Positions 10,028 to 19,189 of a stretch of DNA of 64,000 nt are shown here, piece by piece. The notes beneath the pieces were generated by a model. That model was not told where the DNA came from and did not search any database. It worked only from the letters and a program-made list of their open reading frames with translations. Position 1 is the stretch's first letter, and each line of letters begins with the position of its first letter. The stretch is from a virus. The stretch spans positions 1 to 64,000 of the IMG/VR virus record IMGVR_UViG_3300036795_000108, one strand, 5' to 3'. Both the position numbers and the translations under genes were made by a program.

Positions 10028-10245
10028 CCTCTTCGCCCTCCTCTTATCCGCTCACGCCCTCCCGGGCGCCTCCAGGAGGATTGTATGGCCCGGTCCGCTG
10101 ACGCGCGCGCAGAAGTCCGCCCACTCATCCGCTCGGAACGTCAACTCGCCGCAGTTCGCTCGGTGCTGCTCGTCCGGTCCGGCGAAGACAGCGACATGCA
10201 CATGGATCCCGACGCGCTTAGGACGGTAGGCGAAGCTGGTTGAGC

Positions 10246-10683
10246 TCACGCGAGCGCTCCGGTCAGGATGTCGAGTTGCGCGAGCACCCCGTCATCCGGC
10301 GTCCAGAGTCCGAGTTTGCCCTTGCGAGCGATCGGCTCGTCAAGCGTTACGGGGTTCGCGAGCACCCACTGGTACTCCTCCGGGCAACTCCACGGGCTCG
10401 GATAGTTGCGGACGCAGTCAATGATGTCAACGATCGCAATGATCGCGCTCTGCGGCGTGTCGAGCAGGCTGTCCGAGTGGATGTCGAGGATCTCGGCTGC
10501 CTTCCGCGCGCCGGGCTTGTCGTAGGCGGCGCCGGCGTGGATCAGAAGAGGGCCGCGATAGCTGGTCTTCCAAGAGCGGTTCTCGACGTCCTTCAGTCCC
10601 GTGGCGATTAGGCTTGCCCACGGTTGCTTGATGGTCAGGGTCTTCACGGTCTGCCTTTCGTAGATGGGCGTGGTTCGGGTCAC
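10246..10683 (-). CDS. ASCH domain protein (ASC-1-like)
   Basis: TLTIKQPWASLIATGLKDVENRSWKTSYRGPLLIHAG...KGKLGLW. Confidence 0.9.
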   Translation of the reverse strand: MTRTTPIYERQTVKTLTIKQPWASLIATGLKDVENRSWKTSYRGPLLIHAGAAYDKPGARKAAEILDIHSDSLLDTPQSAIIAIVDIIDCVRNYPSPWSCPEEYQWVLANPVTLDEPIARKGKLGLWTPDDGVLAQLDILTGALA

Positions 10684-10694
10684 GCCGTACGCCT

Positions 10695-10723
10695 GAGTAT
10701 AACGGAGCGTCGGTGCCCGTCAA
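10695..10723 (-). promoter_or_regulatory. SigA-like promoter containing CGTTATACTC
   Basis: TTGACG-N16-TATACT. Confidence 0.85.
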
Positions 10724-11826
10724 GCAGCCCGAAGCTGTCGGGCCTGCTCCAAGCTAAGCGCAGGCCCGACGTACTGGAATCCCGCAGTGCGACGCTTCGT
10801 TGCATGCGTGTAGTTCTTAGTGCTCCCACGGCTCTCGGCGGCAGAGCGTGCGGGCTTACGCGTCAGCGCCCACACCGTCGAACGGTTCAGGGCGGAGATC
10901 ACCGCCGGGTGAGTCGAAACGACGATCGGCTTCTCGCCCAGCGCCTTCCACATCGCCGCGGTCTGGGTGTTCAGTGCGTGTCCGATCCCAACGCCCTGGA
11001 AGTCCGGCAGGCACACTGAGCGCGAGAGTCGGCGCATCGGGTTGCGGTTCGGTTGCGGCAGCCAGCCCGCGAACGCCACCGGACGGTCCCGCCAGTACGC
11101 GGCGAAGCACACGGCGCCCCGGTGGATGTCGTGATCTAGATAGTGATGCGGAGCGAAGATCTCCCAGAGGCGACGCTCGCAGCGCGAGATGTCAAGCTCG
11201 ATCCCCGGTCGTTGAAGACACCCCCAGGAGAACTCGTTGACGTCCGGCCGGTACACCCAGTCCGGGGTCAGCCACGCCTCCACATCCTCGTGGCACGTCA
11301 CGGCGATGAGCTTCTGCCCCCGCCGGCGCACGGTCTTGGCGATCGCCGCCGAGCCGATCTGAGCGACCGTCCGGTCCACCACGCTCGTGAACTCATCCAC
11401 CACCGCCAGGTCGTGCTTCTCCGCCAACGTCCGGGCCATCGTCGCCCGGAACTGCTCCCCGTTTGAAAGCGCCTGGTACGGCCTCAGCCATGCCGGCGGG
11501 CTTGAGAACCCCACCGATGAGAGCAGCTCGGTGATCTCCTTCATCGCCAGCGCCTCCGGGAAGCCCTCCACCACCGAGCGATCCTTCGGCCACCGGTAGG
11601 TCGTCGCGATCTCCTTCGGCCAGCACTCCCGGGCGATCGTCGACTTGCCCGAACCCGACGGCCCGACGATCAGCCCGATCGACCAGTCCTGCTCATCCAA
11701 CGGCAACTCGGCCTCCCAACTGAGGGTCGAGGTCCGCTGCACCGGAAGGTCGAACAGGCCGCGGAGTTGCATGACGCGCGCCGTCTCCCGGATCGGCGTC
11801 TGGACCGTCACAGCAACGCTCGGCAC
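10720..11826 (-). CDS. ABC-type ATPase fused to GNAT (Mom-like) acetyltransferase
   Basis: Walker A GPSGSGKS, LSNGEQFR, Walker B VVDEF; then FAPHHYL and RSVCLPDFQGVGIG acetyl-CoA motif. Confidence 0.85.
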   Translation of the reverse strand: MPSVAVTVQTPIRETARVMQLRGLFDLPVQRTSTLSWEAELPLDEQDWSIGLIVGPSGSGKSTIARECWPKEIATTYRWPKDRSVVEGFPEALAMKEITELLSSVGFSSPPAWLRPYQALSNGEQFRATMARTLAEKHDLAVVDEFTSVVDRTVAQIGSAAIAKTVRRRGQKLIAVTCHEDVEAWLTPDWVYRPDVNEFSWGCLQRPGIELDISRCERRLWEIFAPHHYLDHDIHRGAVCFAAYWRDRPVAFAGWLPQPNRNPMRRLSRSVCLPDFQGVGIGHALNTQTAAMWKALGEKPIVVSTHPAVISALNRSTVWALTRKPARSAAESRGSTKNYTHATKRRTAGFQYVGPALSLEQARQLRAA

Positions 11827-12332
11827 CGAAACCCCTCCCCTGTGAGGCGCTCAAGCATCTCGCGCTGCTGGGCCTCGTTCTCGACCGAGACGATGATCTC
11901 AAACGAGTCGGGGATCAACACCGGATCCGGAGACGGCTCAGTCGCCTTGTCAAGCAGCCGTTGCAACTCGTCCTCCTCATACCCGGTGCCGGTGTAGTCA
12001 CCCTCAAGCTCTGTCAGCAGCTCGCGCAGCAGACCCTCGTCATAGTGCGCCGCATCCGCGGTCCGGTTATCCACAAGGACGATCCGCCGGGCCTCATCAT
12101 CAGAACAGTCGATCAGGTGCGCCAGAGCCTTGCGCCACCCCAGCTCGCGCATCGCGATCGTCGAGTGGTTCCCCGCCAGCACCATCATGTCGGCCTGGCG
12201 CACGACGATCGCTCGGAACTGCCCGTGATCCTGCAGGCTCCCCTTGATCCGCTCCACGTCACCCCGACGCGGGTTGCGCTCATACAGCGTGAGCTTCGCC
12301 AGTTCGACCTGGCGTGTGCTGTTGACCTTCAT
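11808..12332 (-). CDS. ParB/Srx N-terminal domain protein
   Basis: YERNPRRGDVERIKGSLQDHGQFRAIVV...VLAGNH...LVDNRT. Confidence 0.85.
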   Translation of the reverse strand: MKVNSTRQVELAKLTLYERNPRRGDVERIKGSLQDHGQFRAIVVRQADMMVLAGNHSTIAMRELGWRKALAHLIDCSDDEARRIVLVDNRTADAAHYDEGLLRELLTELEGDYTGTGYEEDELQRLLDKATEPSPDPVLIPDSFEIIVSVENEAQQREMLERLTGEGFRCRALL

Positions 12333-12472
12333 CTAGACGCCCTTGATCGCCACACCTGCCACCCTAAAGCAAGGGGCGTGGACGCCGCCGGCCCGAGGCC
12401 CCGATGGCCGGCCCGACGACGCCACGCCCCGTACTGCTCCCCTCAGCGGCTAGCCGCCGAAGTCATGTCAGG

Positions 12473-13255
12473 TCAGCCGGTGATCTGCACCGGGTAGATC
12501 GCGACCGCCTGCTCGCCGTCCGCGCAAACCGTCGCGGTCACAGTCGCGTTGGGATCAGCGTGCAACGCCACGAACTGGAACCCGTCGCTCTTGGCGCTGT
12601 GCGCCAGATCCGTGTAGGTGCAGCTCTCGGCCGGATAGCCGAGCCCCGAAGTCTCATCGACGCAGGCCGCGCTCGAATCCGAATTGCCGACGTATGAGAA
12701 GTCATACGGGTTGTAGGTCAGCGTGATCGAACCATCGCTCGACTCGCCGTTGGGCTGCAGCACCGTGACCGTCAGCGTGTTGGTCGACCCGGCCGTCAGA
12801 TCGGTGACGGGCGCGTTGGCCGTGCCGTCCCATCCCCATCCGCCGCCGCCGGCTGAACCGTCCTGGCCGGGCGCCGCGTCGATGCACAGGTCCGGCGTGC
12901 AGGACTGGATGCTCTCACCGGTCGCTGACGCCGGCGCGCCCTGCGGTCCTGTCGCGCCGGTCGCGCCGGTTGCTCCCCTGGCCCCCGTAGCGCCCTTTGC
13001 GCCCTGGGGCCCGGCAGGACCCGTGATAGCTGTCGCCTTCGCCTTGAGCTGCTGCTGGACGCCCTGGGAGAGCTTGGCCTGGGAGACCGCGCCCTTGTGG
13101 ATCTTCTGCGACGTCACAGCGCCGTTCTTGATCTGCGACGTACCGATGTGCAGGACGCCAGCAGCGCTTGCGGCGCCGACGCCCGATACGGACAGCGCGA
13201 GCGCTGCCGCTGAAAGTCCTACCGCAGCCGATGGCCGCTTGATACCGAACCTCAT
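12473..13255 (-). CDS. Secreted collagen-like protein
   Basis: Signal peptide-like N-terminus, Gly-X-Y run GPAGPQGAKGATGARGATGATGATGPQG, Cys-containing beta-rich C-terminus; GGAGG RBS. Confidence 0.75.
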   Translation of the reverse strand: MRFGIKRPSAAVGLSAAALALSVSGVGAASAAGVLHIGTSQIKNGAVTSQKIHKGAVSQAKLSQGVQQQLKAKATAITGPAGPQGAKGATGARGATGATGATGPQGAPASATGESIQSCTPDLCIDAAPGQDGSAGGGGWGWDGTANAPVTDLTAGSTNTLTVTVLQPNGESSDGSITLTYNPYDFSYVGNSDSSAACVDETSGLGYPAESCTYTDLAHSAKSDGFQFVALHADPNATVTATVCADGEQAVAIYPVQITG

Positions 13256-13303
13256 AACGCCTCCATCTGGTTGACTTTGTGCCCCCAGCCCATCTAGCCC
13301 CGC

Positions 13304-13313
13304 GAGTATAACG
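13304..13313 (-). promoter_or_regulatory. CGTTATACTC promoter motif
   Basis: Exact 10-mer at the 3' end of the upstream ORF. Confidence 0.75.
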
Positions 13314-13682
13314 CGGGAACGTATCTCGTGTCCCATTGTTCGCGGTCGGTGCCCGTGACCCGCAGGAAGGCGCGTCGCACGCCCGGCGGGTAGGTGGCGT
13401 GTGGCCAGCCCGTCGCATCGGCGAACTGCGCGGACGCGACCTCCAGCACGACGCCGTCGGGCAGGCACTTCTCGACCCTGCCGAGCACATCCGTGCGCGG
13501 GCAGTACCAGAGATCGCCGGGCATCGCAGTCGCGGCACGCCAGCGAGCAAGATCGCGAAGCATCATCTGCCGGGGATGCAGGATGATCCACGCGAGCCGC
13601 TGCCGACGCGACAGGGCGCTCAGCAGAACGCCTTCCGGCACGTCCTGCATGACGCGCTGCGCCCAGTGTCCGAGGTGGCGCA

Positions 13683-14129
13683 TCACGCCGATCGACGCTC
13701 CTCGCACTCCTCCAAACGCGGAGAGGCCGTCAGCTTGACCGCCGCCGCCCGCAGATGCCCGTCGACAACCTCTACGCAGAACGCGCCGAACTCCCCGCGA
13801 TACCCCACCGCCATGCTCACGATCACATACAGGATCCCCGGCTCGGCGTGCGCGATGTCCGAGTCGCTTGGCCGCGGGCCCGAACGCACATGGGAGTGAT
13901 AGACCGCGAGACGGTCATGGCCAGCGTCCTCAATGTCAGCGTAGACCTGCTGTTGCTCGGCGGCGTCGACGAGGAACGTCGCGGCGTGATGCGCGACGTT
14001 CGTCAGCCGCCACGTCCGGGCTGGCTCCTGGTTGCCGCTGAGCAGTCCGACGCACTCCTCCGGCCAGCACTCCATTGCGTGCCGGAGGATCTCGCGTCGA
14101 GCGCTGTACGGCAGGAAGAACTCCGTCAA
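13683..14129 (-). CDS. JAB/MPN+ (Mov34, M67) metallopeptidase
   Basis: WPEECVGLL...YHSHVRSGPRPSDSD: complete E...HxH-x7-S-x2-D JAMM motif. Confidence 0.9.
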   Translation of the reverse strand: MTEFFLPYSARREILRHAMECWPEECVGLLSGNQEPARTWRLTNVAHHAATFLVDAAEQQQVYADIEDAGHDRLAVYHSHVRSGPRPSDSDIAHAEPGILYVIVSMAVGYRGEFGAFCVEVVDGHLRAAAVKLTASPRLEECEERRSA

Positions 14130-14479
14130 AGCCCGGCCTCATTCACGGCGTTGATCACATCTCGTACAGCCCCTCCGTAAATGTACCCTTCGTGACGCTC
14201 ATAGTCCCGACACGCGACCGCCTCCTTGATGATCGGATCGGCGAGCATGGCATCACGAAGAACGCTGCGCGCTATCTCAAAGTCGGCATATGCCACTCGG
14301 CGGACTAAGCTCACACTCTCGTCGGTTGGCCACTCCACGCGTGGTGTTTCTGCGGCGTCCAGCATTTCACGCGCCAGATCAGTGACGTGTTGACGCGTGA
14401 GATCTTGGTCTGCGATGTGCCGCTGTAGCACCGCAGCCGCATCCTCGATGCGCTGCTCCTGGGTCTTCTCGCTCGGCAT
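14126..14479 (-). CDS. Hypothetical protein
   Basis: MPSEKTQEQ start overlaps the upstream stop (TGATG). Confidence 0.55.
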   Translation of the reverse strand: MPSEKTQEQRIEDAAAVLQRHIADQDLTRQHVTDLAREMLDAAETPRVEWPTDESVSLVRRVAYADFEIARSVLRDAMLADPIIKEAVACRDYERHEGYIYGGAVRDVINAVNEAGL

Positions 14480-14799
14480 CAGTTCAATCCCATGATGAGG
14501 GAGTCCAAGCCGAACGCCGTCGGGCGGCCATCCTCGTCGTCGTCGCTTATCGCGAGCGTCTGCTGAGCCTGCTCGCGCGCCTGGGCGGCATACGCCTCCG
14601 GGATCGTGGTGGAGATGACAACCTCCATCAACTCGCCGATCTCCTCGCGCGTCATCTTCACGCCGAACGCGAAGCTCACGTACGGCATCGCCGGGTGAGT
14701 CTGGATATCCGCGATGAACGCCGTCTTGACATCGCCGGCAGCGTCGACGATGAGGTCCAGGTCGGGTCCTGTCTTGGTCGAAATGGTCTTGAGGTTCAT
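14479..14799 (-). CDS. Hypothetical protein
   Basis: AGGA RBS, phage-like codon usage. Confidence 0.6.
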   Translation of the reverse strand: MNLKTISTKTGPDLDLIVDAAGDVKTAFIADIQTHPAMPYVSFAFGVKMTREEIGELMEVVISTTIPEAYAAQAREQAQQTLAISDDDEDGRPTAFGLDSLIMGLN

Positions 14800-15065
14800 G
14801 GGTGAGTCCTGTTCTGTTCGGGGCCGGCCTGACTGCCGGAGGCCAGCGCCGCGGGACCTTTCCGCGGACGCTCGCCTCCGTCGATGTCAACCCGCACTCG
14901 CAGCCTCCCTGACCCGATCCACCATGTTGATCGCGTCCTTCTTCGTCATTCCGATGATGATCTCCATTTGGGGCGCAGCTCCCTAAGTTGGCGTTAGGTA
15001 TCCCGGCCTGACTGCCCGGACCGCAGCGCCCGAGCCAAAGCCCGGGCGCTCCCGTCCGTCGATGT

Positions 15066-16091
15066 TCAGCCAAGCACCGTCGCGAGCGTCTCGACCGTCG
15101 AGGCGTCGAGCTTCTCAAAGCCCCCCTGCACCGCCTTGAGCTGGTTGCGCTCGACGCGCTCCGAACCCCGGACGCTGAACACATGGTGGTCGGCCGTGTT
15201 GACCGCCTGCACGACACCCCACGCCGTGTTCCTCCACGGAGCGACCCGGTTGTCGTTGTCCCAGAGGTTCTGGAGCGCGGCCTGCTTATTGGTCGCTCTC
15301 CCGATCGCAGCCTTCCGCGTCTTATCCGCCGGGACCGGCGCCAACTCGGCGAGGAACTCCGCCCACTGCGCGTCAGTGACGGTCGTGTTCGTCAACTCCT
15401 CGACCTCGGCCGTGAAGTCCTCGGCGATCGTATAGACGATCGCCAGCGCCTCACGCGCGTCGGCGAGCTTCGCCTGCGAATACTTCGTGTGACGGACCTT
15501 GAACACCTGGCCCTGCTCGCCGAGGCCCGCGGCCATCGTGTTGTCGCACACCACGTTCTGGACGCAGCGCTTATAGGTCGTGGACAGCGACCCGTCAAAC
15601 GCGGTCGCCGCCAGCAGGTAGGGACGAAACTCCACGCCGCTCGGCGTCGTGATGCTGTCCGGCACCTCGATCTGCACCCACGCGATCCGGCCGTTGCGCA
15701 GCAGGCCCGCGGAGCCGATCCCGAGATCGTCGTCAAGCAGCGACGCGACCTCCTTGAGCAGCCACTCGTCGTACTGGTGGATCTGCCAGCCATCCTTCGG
15801 GACGCCGAGGATGAACCCCGTGTCGTCGCGCATGATGGCCTTGAACCCGCCGGACGTCTCGGGCGTGGACTGGATGACACCGTCCGGAGTGATCGCCGTT
15901 GCGACGACCGCGCCCTCGATGGCGTGCCAGTCGAACAGGCGACGCTCGACGTCCTCGACGGGAATGAAGCCCGGGTAGTGGTTCGGTTCGGCGCCCTGCT
16001 CGCTGGCCTTGTAGTGCCAAGCGTTGCCTCGCCGGTCGGTCAGGCCGATCAGGGTGTTTTGATTCAGCCATTCGTACGTCTCGGAACTCAT
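15066..16091 (-). CDS. DUF932 / phage-plasmid-like protein
   Basis: RGNAWH...SAGLLRNGR...TAFDGS...NVVCDNT...VRHT...TAWGVVQAVNT. Confidence 0.85.
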   Translation of the reverse strand: MSSETYEWLNQNTLIGLTDRRGNAWHYKASEQGAEPNHYPGFIPVEDVERRLFDWHAIEGAVVATAITPDGVIQSTPETSGGFKAIMRDDTGFILGVPKDGWQIHQYDEWLLKEVASLLDDDLGIGSAGLLRNGRIAWVQIEVPDSITTPSGVEFRPYLLAATAFDGSLSTTYKRCVQNVVCDNTMAAGLGEQGQVFKVRHTKYSQAKLADAREALAIVYTIAEDFTAEVEELTNTTVTDAQWAEFLAELAPVPADKTRKAAIGRATNKQAALQNLWDNDNRVAPWRNTAWGVVQAVNTADHHVFSVRGSERVERNQLKAVQGGFEKLDASTVETLATVLG

Positions 16092-16140
16092 GTGATGCCC
16101 TTTCGTAGATTCGAGCGGTTCGGGATCGCTCGCTACGCAA

Positions 16141-16170
16141 GAGTATAACGGAGCGCGGCTGTACCGTCTA
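16141..16170 (-). promoter_or_regulatory. Promoter containing CGTTATACTC, with CCCGAAC leader hairpin downstream
   Basis: TAGACG-N17-TATACT. Confidence 0.85.
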
Positions 16171-16466
16171 GTGGCAGCGGTGCAGCCGATGGATCGCCTC
16201 GCCCTCCAAAGGCCCATCGCACACATACAGCCGGCCGACGTCGTTCTCATCCAGGGCGACGCCCAGCACGCCCGTGGGATCCTCCCCGACGTACCCCGCG
16301 TCGCCGCAGCGCCAGCAGGAGATCGAGTAGTCCCGAGCGCGAGGCGACGCCCGGACGCCGTTCGGCCAGCACACCGGGCAGCGTTGGCGTTGCCCGTTGG
16401 TCTTGAACAGGTTCGGGACCTCCGCCCGGTCCACCAGCGCGGTCATCCCCCCGCGGATCGCGACCT

Positions 16467-16754
16467 CTAAGACGGGTTCTCCGCATCGGGGACAGACGGT
16501 CGACCAGACCCGTGAGGTTGGCGTCCCGGCTCGTGGCTCTCCCCGCACAGCGGACACGCGCGCAGAATATCACCGGGGTCCGGTGTAATAAGCGCACCGC
16601 AGCCCCGGCAAGGCCACGCCTGCTCGCCCTGGTAGGCGAAGTCGCCGTTGGGTTGCATCATGTAGACGGCGCCGTCGACATCAAAGGCCGTGGGGCGGCC
16701 TCGCTCGGCCGGGCGTCCGTCGAACGGGCCGCCGATCAAGTAGCGGGTTTTCAT
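16467..16754 (-). CDS. Small zinc-ribbon protein
   Basis: LIGGPFDG, CRGCG...CPLCG. Confidence 0.5.
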   Translation of the reverse strand: MKTRYLIGGPFDGRPAERGRPTAFDVDGAVYMMQPNGDFAYQGEQAWPCRGCGALITPDPGDILRACPLCGESHEPGRQPHGSGRPSVPDAENPS

Positions 16755-16769
16755 CGGATCTGCAGGTCC

Positions 16770-16948
16770 TCATCTGCGCCCCTCGTAATCGAGGATTCTT
16801 CGCCCGAGCCATTCGAGGACATTGACGGTGACGGCGTTCCCGCACGCGCTGTAGCGCCGGCCGTCGGGTTGGGGATCGTCCACTGGTCGGGGAAGCCCTG
16901 TAGCCGTTCGCACTCCGTGGGCGTCAGCATGTCGCGAAGCCAGTTCAT
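16770..16948 (-). pseudogene. Frameshifted C-terminal remnant of a C5-cytosine DNA methyltransferase
   Basis: LTPTECERLQGFPDQWT (motif IX), then -1 frame PDGRRYSACGNAVTVNVLEWLGRRI (motif X). Confidence 0.8.
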
Positions 16949-16986
16949 CGCTCGATGACGATGGACGTAGTCGAAAACGCCGCCGC

Positions 16987-17349
16987 TCACCGCCGGCCCT
17001 TCCACCGCGAGGACTCCATCAAAACGCCCCGCTCCACATCCCGCTTCAACCACACCGTCCCCTGCGCCAACCTCGTGCCCGGCAAGCTCCGCCGCTCACA
17101 CCACTTCCCCACATTCGCCTTCGCGACCCCCAAAAGCTCCGCCGCCTCCTTCACCCCAACCGTCGCCGGCGGCTTACGACGCGACATCTCCCCGGCCGCG
17201 ACCCGGGTGACCGCCTCCGTCGCCCAGACCGGCCCGTTCGCCAACTCCAACACCGCCAGCCCCTTCAGCTTCTCGCGGACCGACCCGGGCCGCAACCCCA
17301 AGATCGCCGCCGCCTCCGTCCGCCCGACGACATCAGGGCCGCTACCCAT
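16987..17349 (-). CDS. Tandem HTH DNA-binding protein
   Basis: VVGRTEAAAILGL and TVGVKEAAELLGVAKANVGKW, each followed by LAxGxVW. Confidence 0.75.
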   Translation of the reverse strand: MGSGPDVVGRTEAAAILGLRPGSVREKLKGLAVLELANGPVWATEAVTRVAAGEMSRRKPPATVGVKEAAELLGVAKANVGKWCERRSLPGTRLAQGTVWLKRDVERGVLMESSRWKGRR

Positions 17350-17524
17350 CGTCGCCGAGCAGATCCCAGTCGCGTTCCTCCACCACGCTGAACAGGCCGC
17401 CGAACAGCAACACGACCCCGAACACGAACACCGGCCACGACACGACGGCAGACAGCACCGACACGCCCGCCAAGCCGAGCCCGACGACCATCGCGACAAT
17501 CCTCACCACGTCAAATCCTCTCAT
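17342..17524 (-). CDS. Small two-helix membrane protein (leaderless)
   Basis: ATG 6 nt after TATACT; hydrophobic. Confidence 0.6.
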   Translation of the reverse strand: MRGFDVVRIVAMVVGLGLAGVSVLSAVVSWPVFVFGVVLLFGGLFSVVEERDWDLLGDDG

Positions 17525-17529
17525 CGTCC

Positions 17530-17539
17530 GAGTATAACG
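17530..17539 (-). promoter_or_regulatory. CGTTATACTC promoter motif (leaderless start)
   Basis: TATACT-N6-ATG. Confidence 0.8.
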
Positions 17540-17547
17540 CCGGGTCC

Positions 17548-18051
17548 CTAGAACGCTGCCAACTGCTCGACCGGGGCCTGCTTCAGGCCATCCGCTGCGG
17601 TCACCGCCACGCCGAGCGCCTGCCAGCAATGACCCGTCAGACCGTACAGCGGACCCATGCCCGTCGCTTTGCGCCCGATCGCCTTGCTGTCCCCCCCGAA
17701 GCGGTCCACGAGCGCCTGGCGGACATGAGAGTCCTTAGCTGTCCCCGAATGGCAGAGATGATGCTTGACGTCCATCCGGGAGGGGCGCAGCGCCTCGGAA
17801 TCATCAACCAGTCGCCAGCGCTCCGCGAACCGCCCGGACCAGAACACCGTCTCGAACGTCTCCGAGCCGACCGGCTTACCGAAGCTCGTCACGCGCTCGA
17901 TCGCGATCCGCTCGCAGTCCAAGCCGTCGATCCGGTACAGCAGCCGCCAGTTATCGACCTTGTCCTCCCAGCTCACCGGCAGGCCCGTCTCGGTATCCAA
18001 GACGACGTAGGCCGAGATCTCATGCCCGGGATCGATCGCGAGCAGCAGCAT
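17548..18051 (-). CDS. RuvC-like Holliday junction resolvase
   Basis: LLAIDPG...IAIER...KHHLCHSGTAKD...HCWQALGVA. Confidence 0.75.
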   Translation of the reverse strand: MLLLAIDPGHEISAYVVLDTETGLPVSWEDKVDNWRLLYRIDGLDCERIAIERVTSFGKPVGSETFETVFWSGRFAERWRLVDDSEALRPSRMDVKHHLCHSGTAKDSHVRQALVDRFGGDSKAIGRKATGMGPLYGLTGHCWQALGVAVTAADGLKQAPVEQLAAF

Positions 18052-18056
18052 CGCCG

Positions 18057-18066
18057 GAGTATAACG
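18057..18066 (-). promoter_or_regulatory. CGTTATACTC promoter motif (leaderless start)
   Basis: TATACT-N6-ATG. Confidence 0.8.
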
Positions 18067-19134
18067 CTACGCAACCGCTCCCGCACGCAGCGGCTGGACA
18101 TCACGCTCCAAGTCATACAGATCCGCGACCGACCACACATCCTCGCCGGCGACCGTGACGACCACATCGCAGTTCAGGATCATCGCGTCGACCAACTCCA
18201 CCGAGACGCGGTCCTGGTCGCCGAACAGCACGCTCTGCAACCGCCGCGGGTTCAAACCCAACTCCGCCGCCAAACGGCCGGCGCTCAACTCGCTGCGGCG
18301 CCCATCACCCGACATCGTCCACAGGGCGCGCTGGATCGAGAACGCGAACAGCCACAGCCGACACGGCCCGCAGCCCACCACGTCCGGAGCGCCGGCACTA
18401 GCCCGCGCGACCCGCTGAGCCTTACGCTCGATCGTGAAGAACCCCGGGTCCTCAGCGATCTTCGCGGCACGCCACGCCGCGACCCTCGCCCGGTTACGCG
18501 CCCGAAACTCCTCCCCATCGGCACGCCGCGCATAATGCCGGCGCCCCGCCGCGCGCATCCGATCGCGCCACACCGCCAAGCGCTCAGGATCCTGACGGAT
18601 CCGCCGGTAGGTCGCCTGGCTCTGCGCCCGCACCCGATCGCGATGATCCTCGCGCCACCGCGCCAGCCGCCGCGACTCGCACACCCGGCAGCGCGGCACC
18701 CACGTCCGGGCGCGCCCATCCGACCGGCGGCCCATGCTCGTGAACTGCGACACCAACGGATCGTCATCAACCACCTTCTCCACTCCGCACCCCGCGCAGC
18801 GCTTCACCCGGACCGGACGGCCGTCGCGCATCACCATCTTGACCGTCACATACGGCGGCGGCACCGTCGGAGGGGCCGACAGCACCAGTTGCGTCGACAC
18901 CCCCAACGCCCGGGCTATCCGCCGGACCGCGCGAGCATCCAAGCCGCGCGTCCCATACTCGAAATCCCGCATGTACGTCCGGCACACCCCCGCCTGCTTC
19001 GCCATCTGAACCTGAGTGATTCCCTTCTCGCTGCGCATCTGCCGCAGCGTCTGAGACGCGCCGCCGACGCTCACAGCAACCCCTCCCGCCATTCCATCCA
19101 CCGGCAGCGCATCCGACGCAGCCTCCATAACCAC
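18067..19134 (-). CDS. XRE-family HTH plus zinc-finger DNA-binding protein
   Basis: LRQMRSEKGITQVQMAKQAGVCRTYMRDFEYG...IARALGVS; CAGC...CRVC. Confidence 0.65.
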   Translation of the reverse strand: MVMEAASDALPVDGMAGGVAVSVGGASQTLRQMRSEKGITQVQMAKQAGVCRTYMRDFEYGTRGLDARAVRRIARALGVSTQLVLSAPPTVPPPYVTVKMVMRDGRPVRVKRCAGCGVEKVVDDDPLVSQFTSMGRRSDGRARTWVPRCRVCESRRLARWREDHRDRVRAQSQATYRRIRQDPERLAVWRDRMRAAGRRHYARRADGEEFRARNRARVAAWRAAKIAEDPGFFTIERKAQRVARASAGAPDVVGCGPCRLWLFAFSIQRALWTMSGDGRRSELSAGRLAAELGLNPRRLQSVLFGDQDRVSVELVDAMILNCDVVVTVAGEDVWSVADLYDLERDVQPLRAGAVA

Positions 19135-19189
19135 GGCCAGCGATCCACGATCGACAGTCCGAACGGATCACGCCACGCGCCTCGTCTCA

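Noticed and set aside
12930-13025. 9-bp periodic repeats
   Set aside because: Explained by Gly-X-Y collagen codons.
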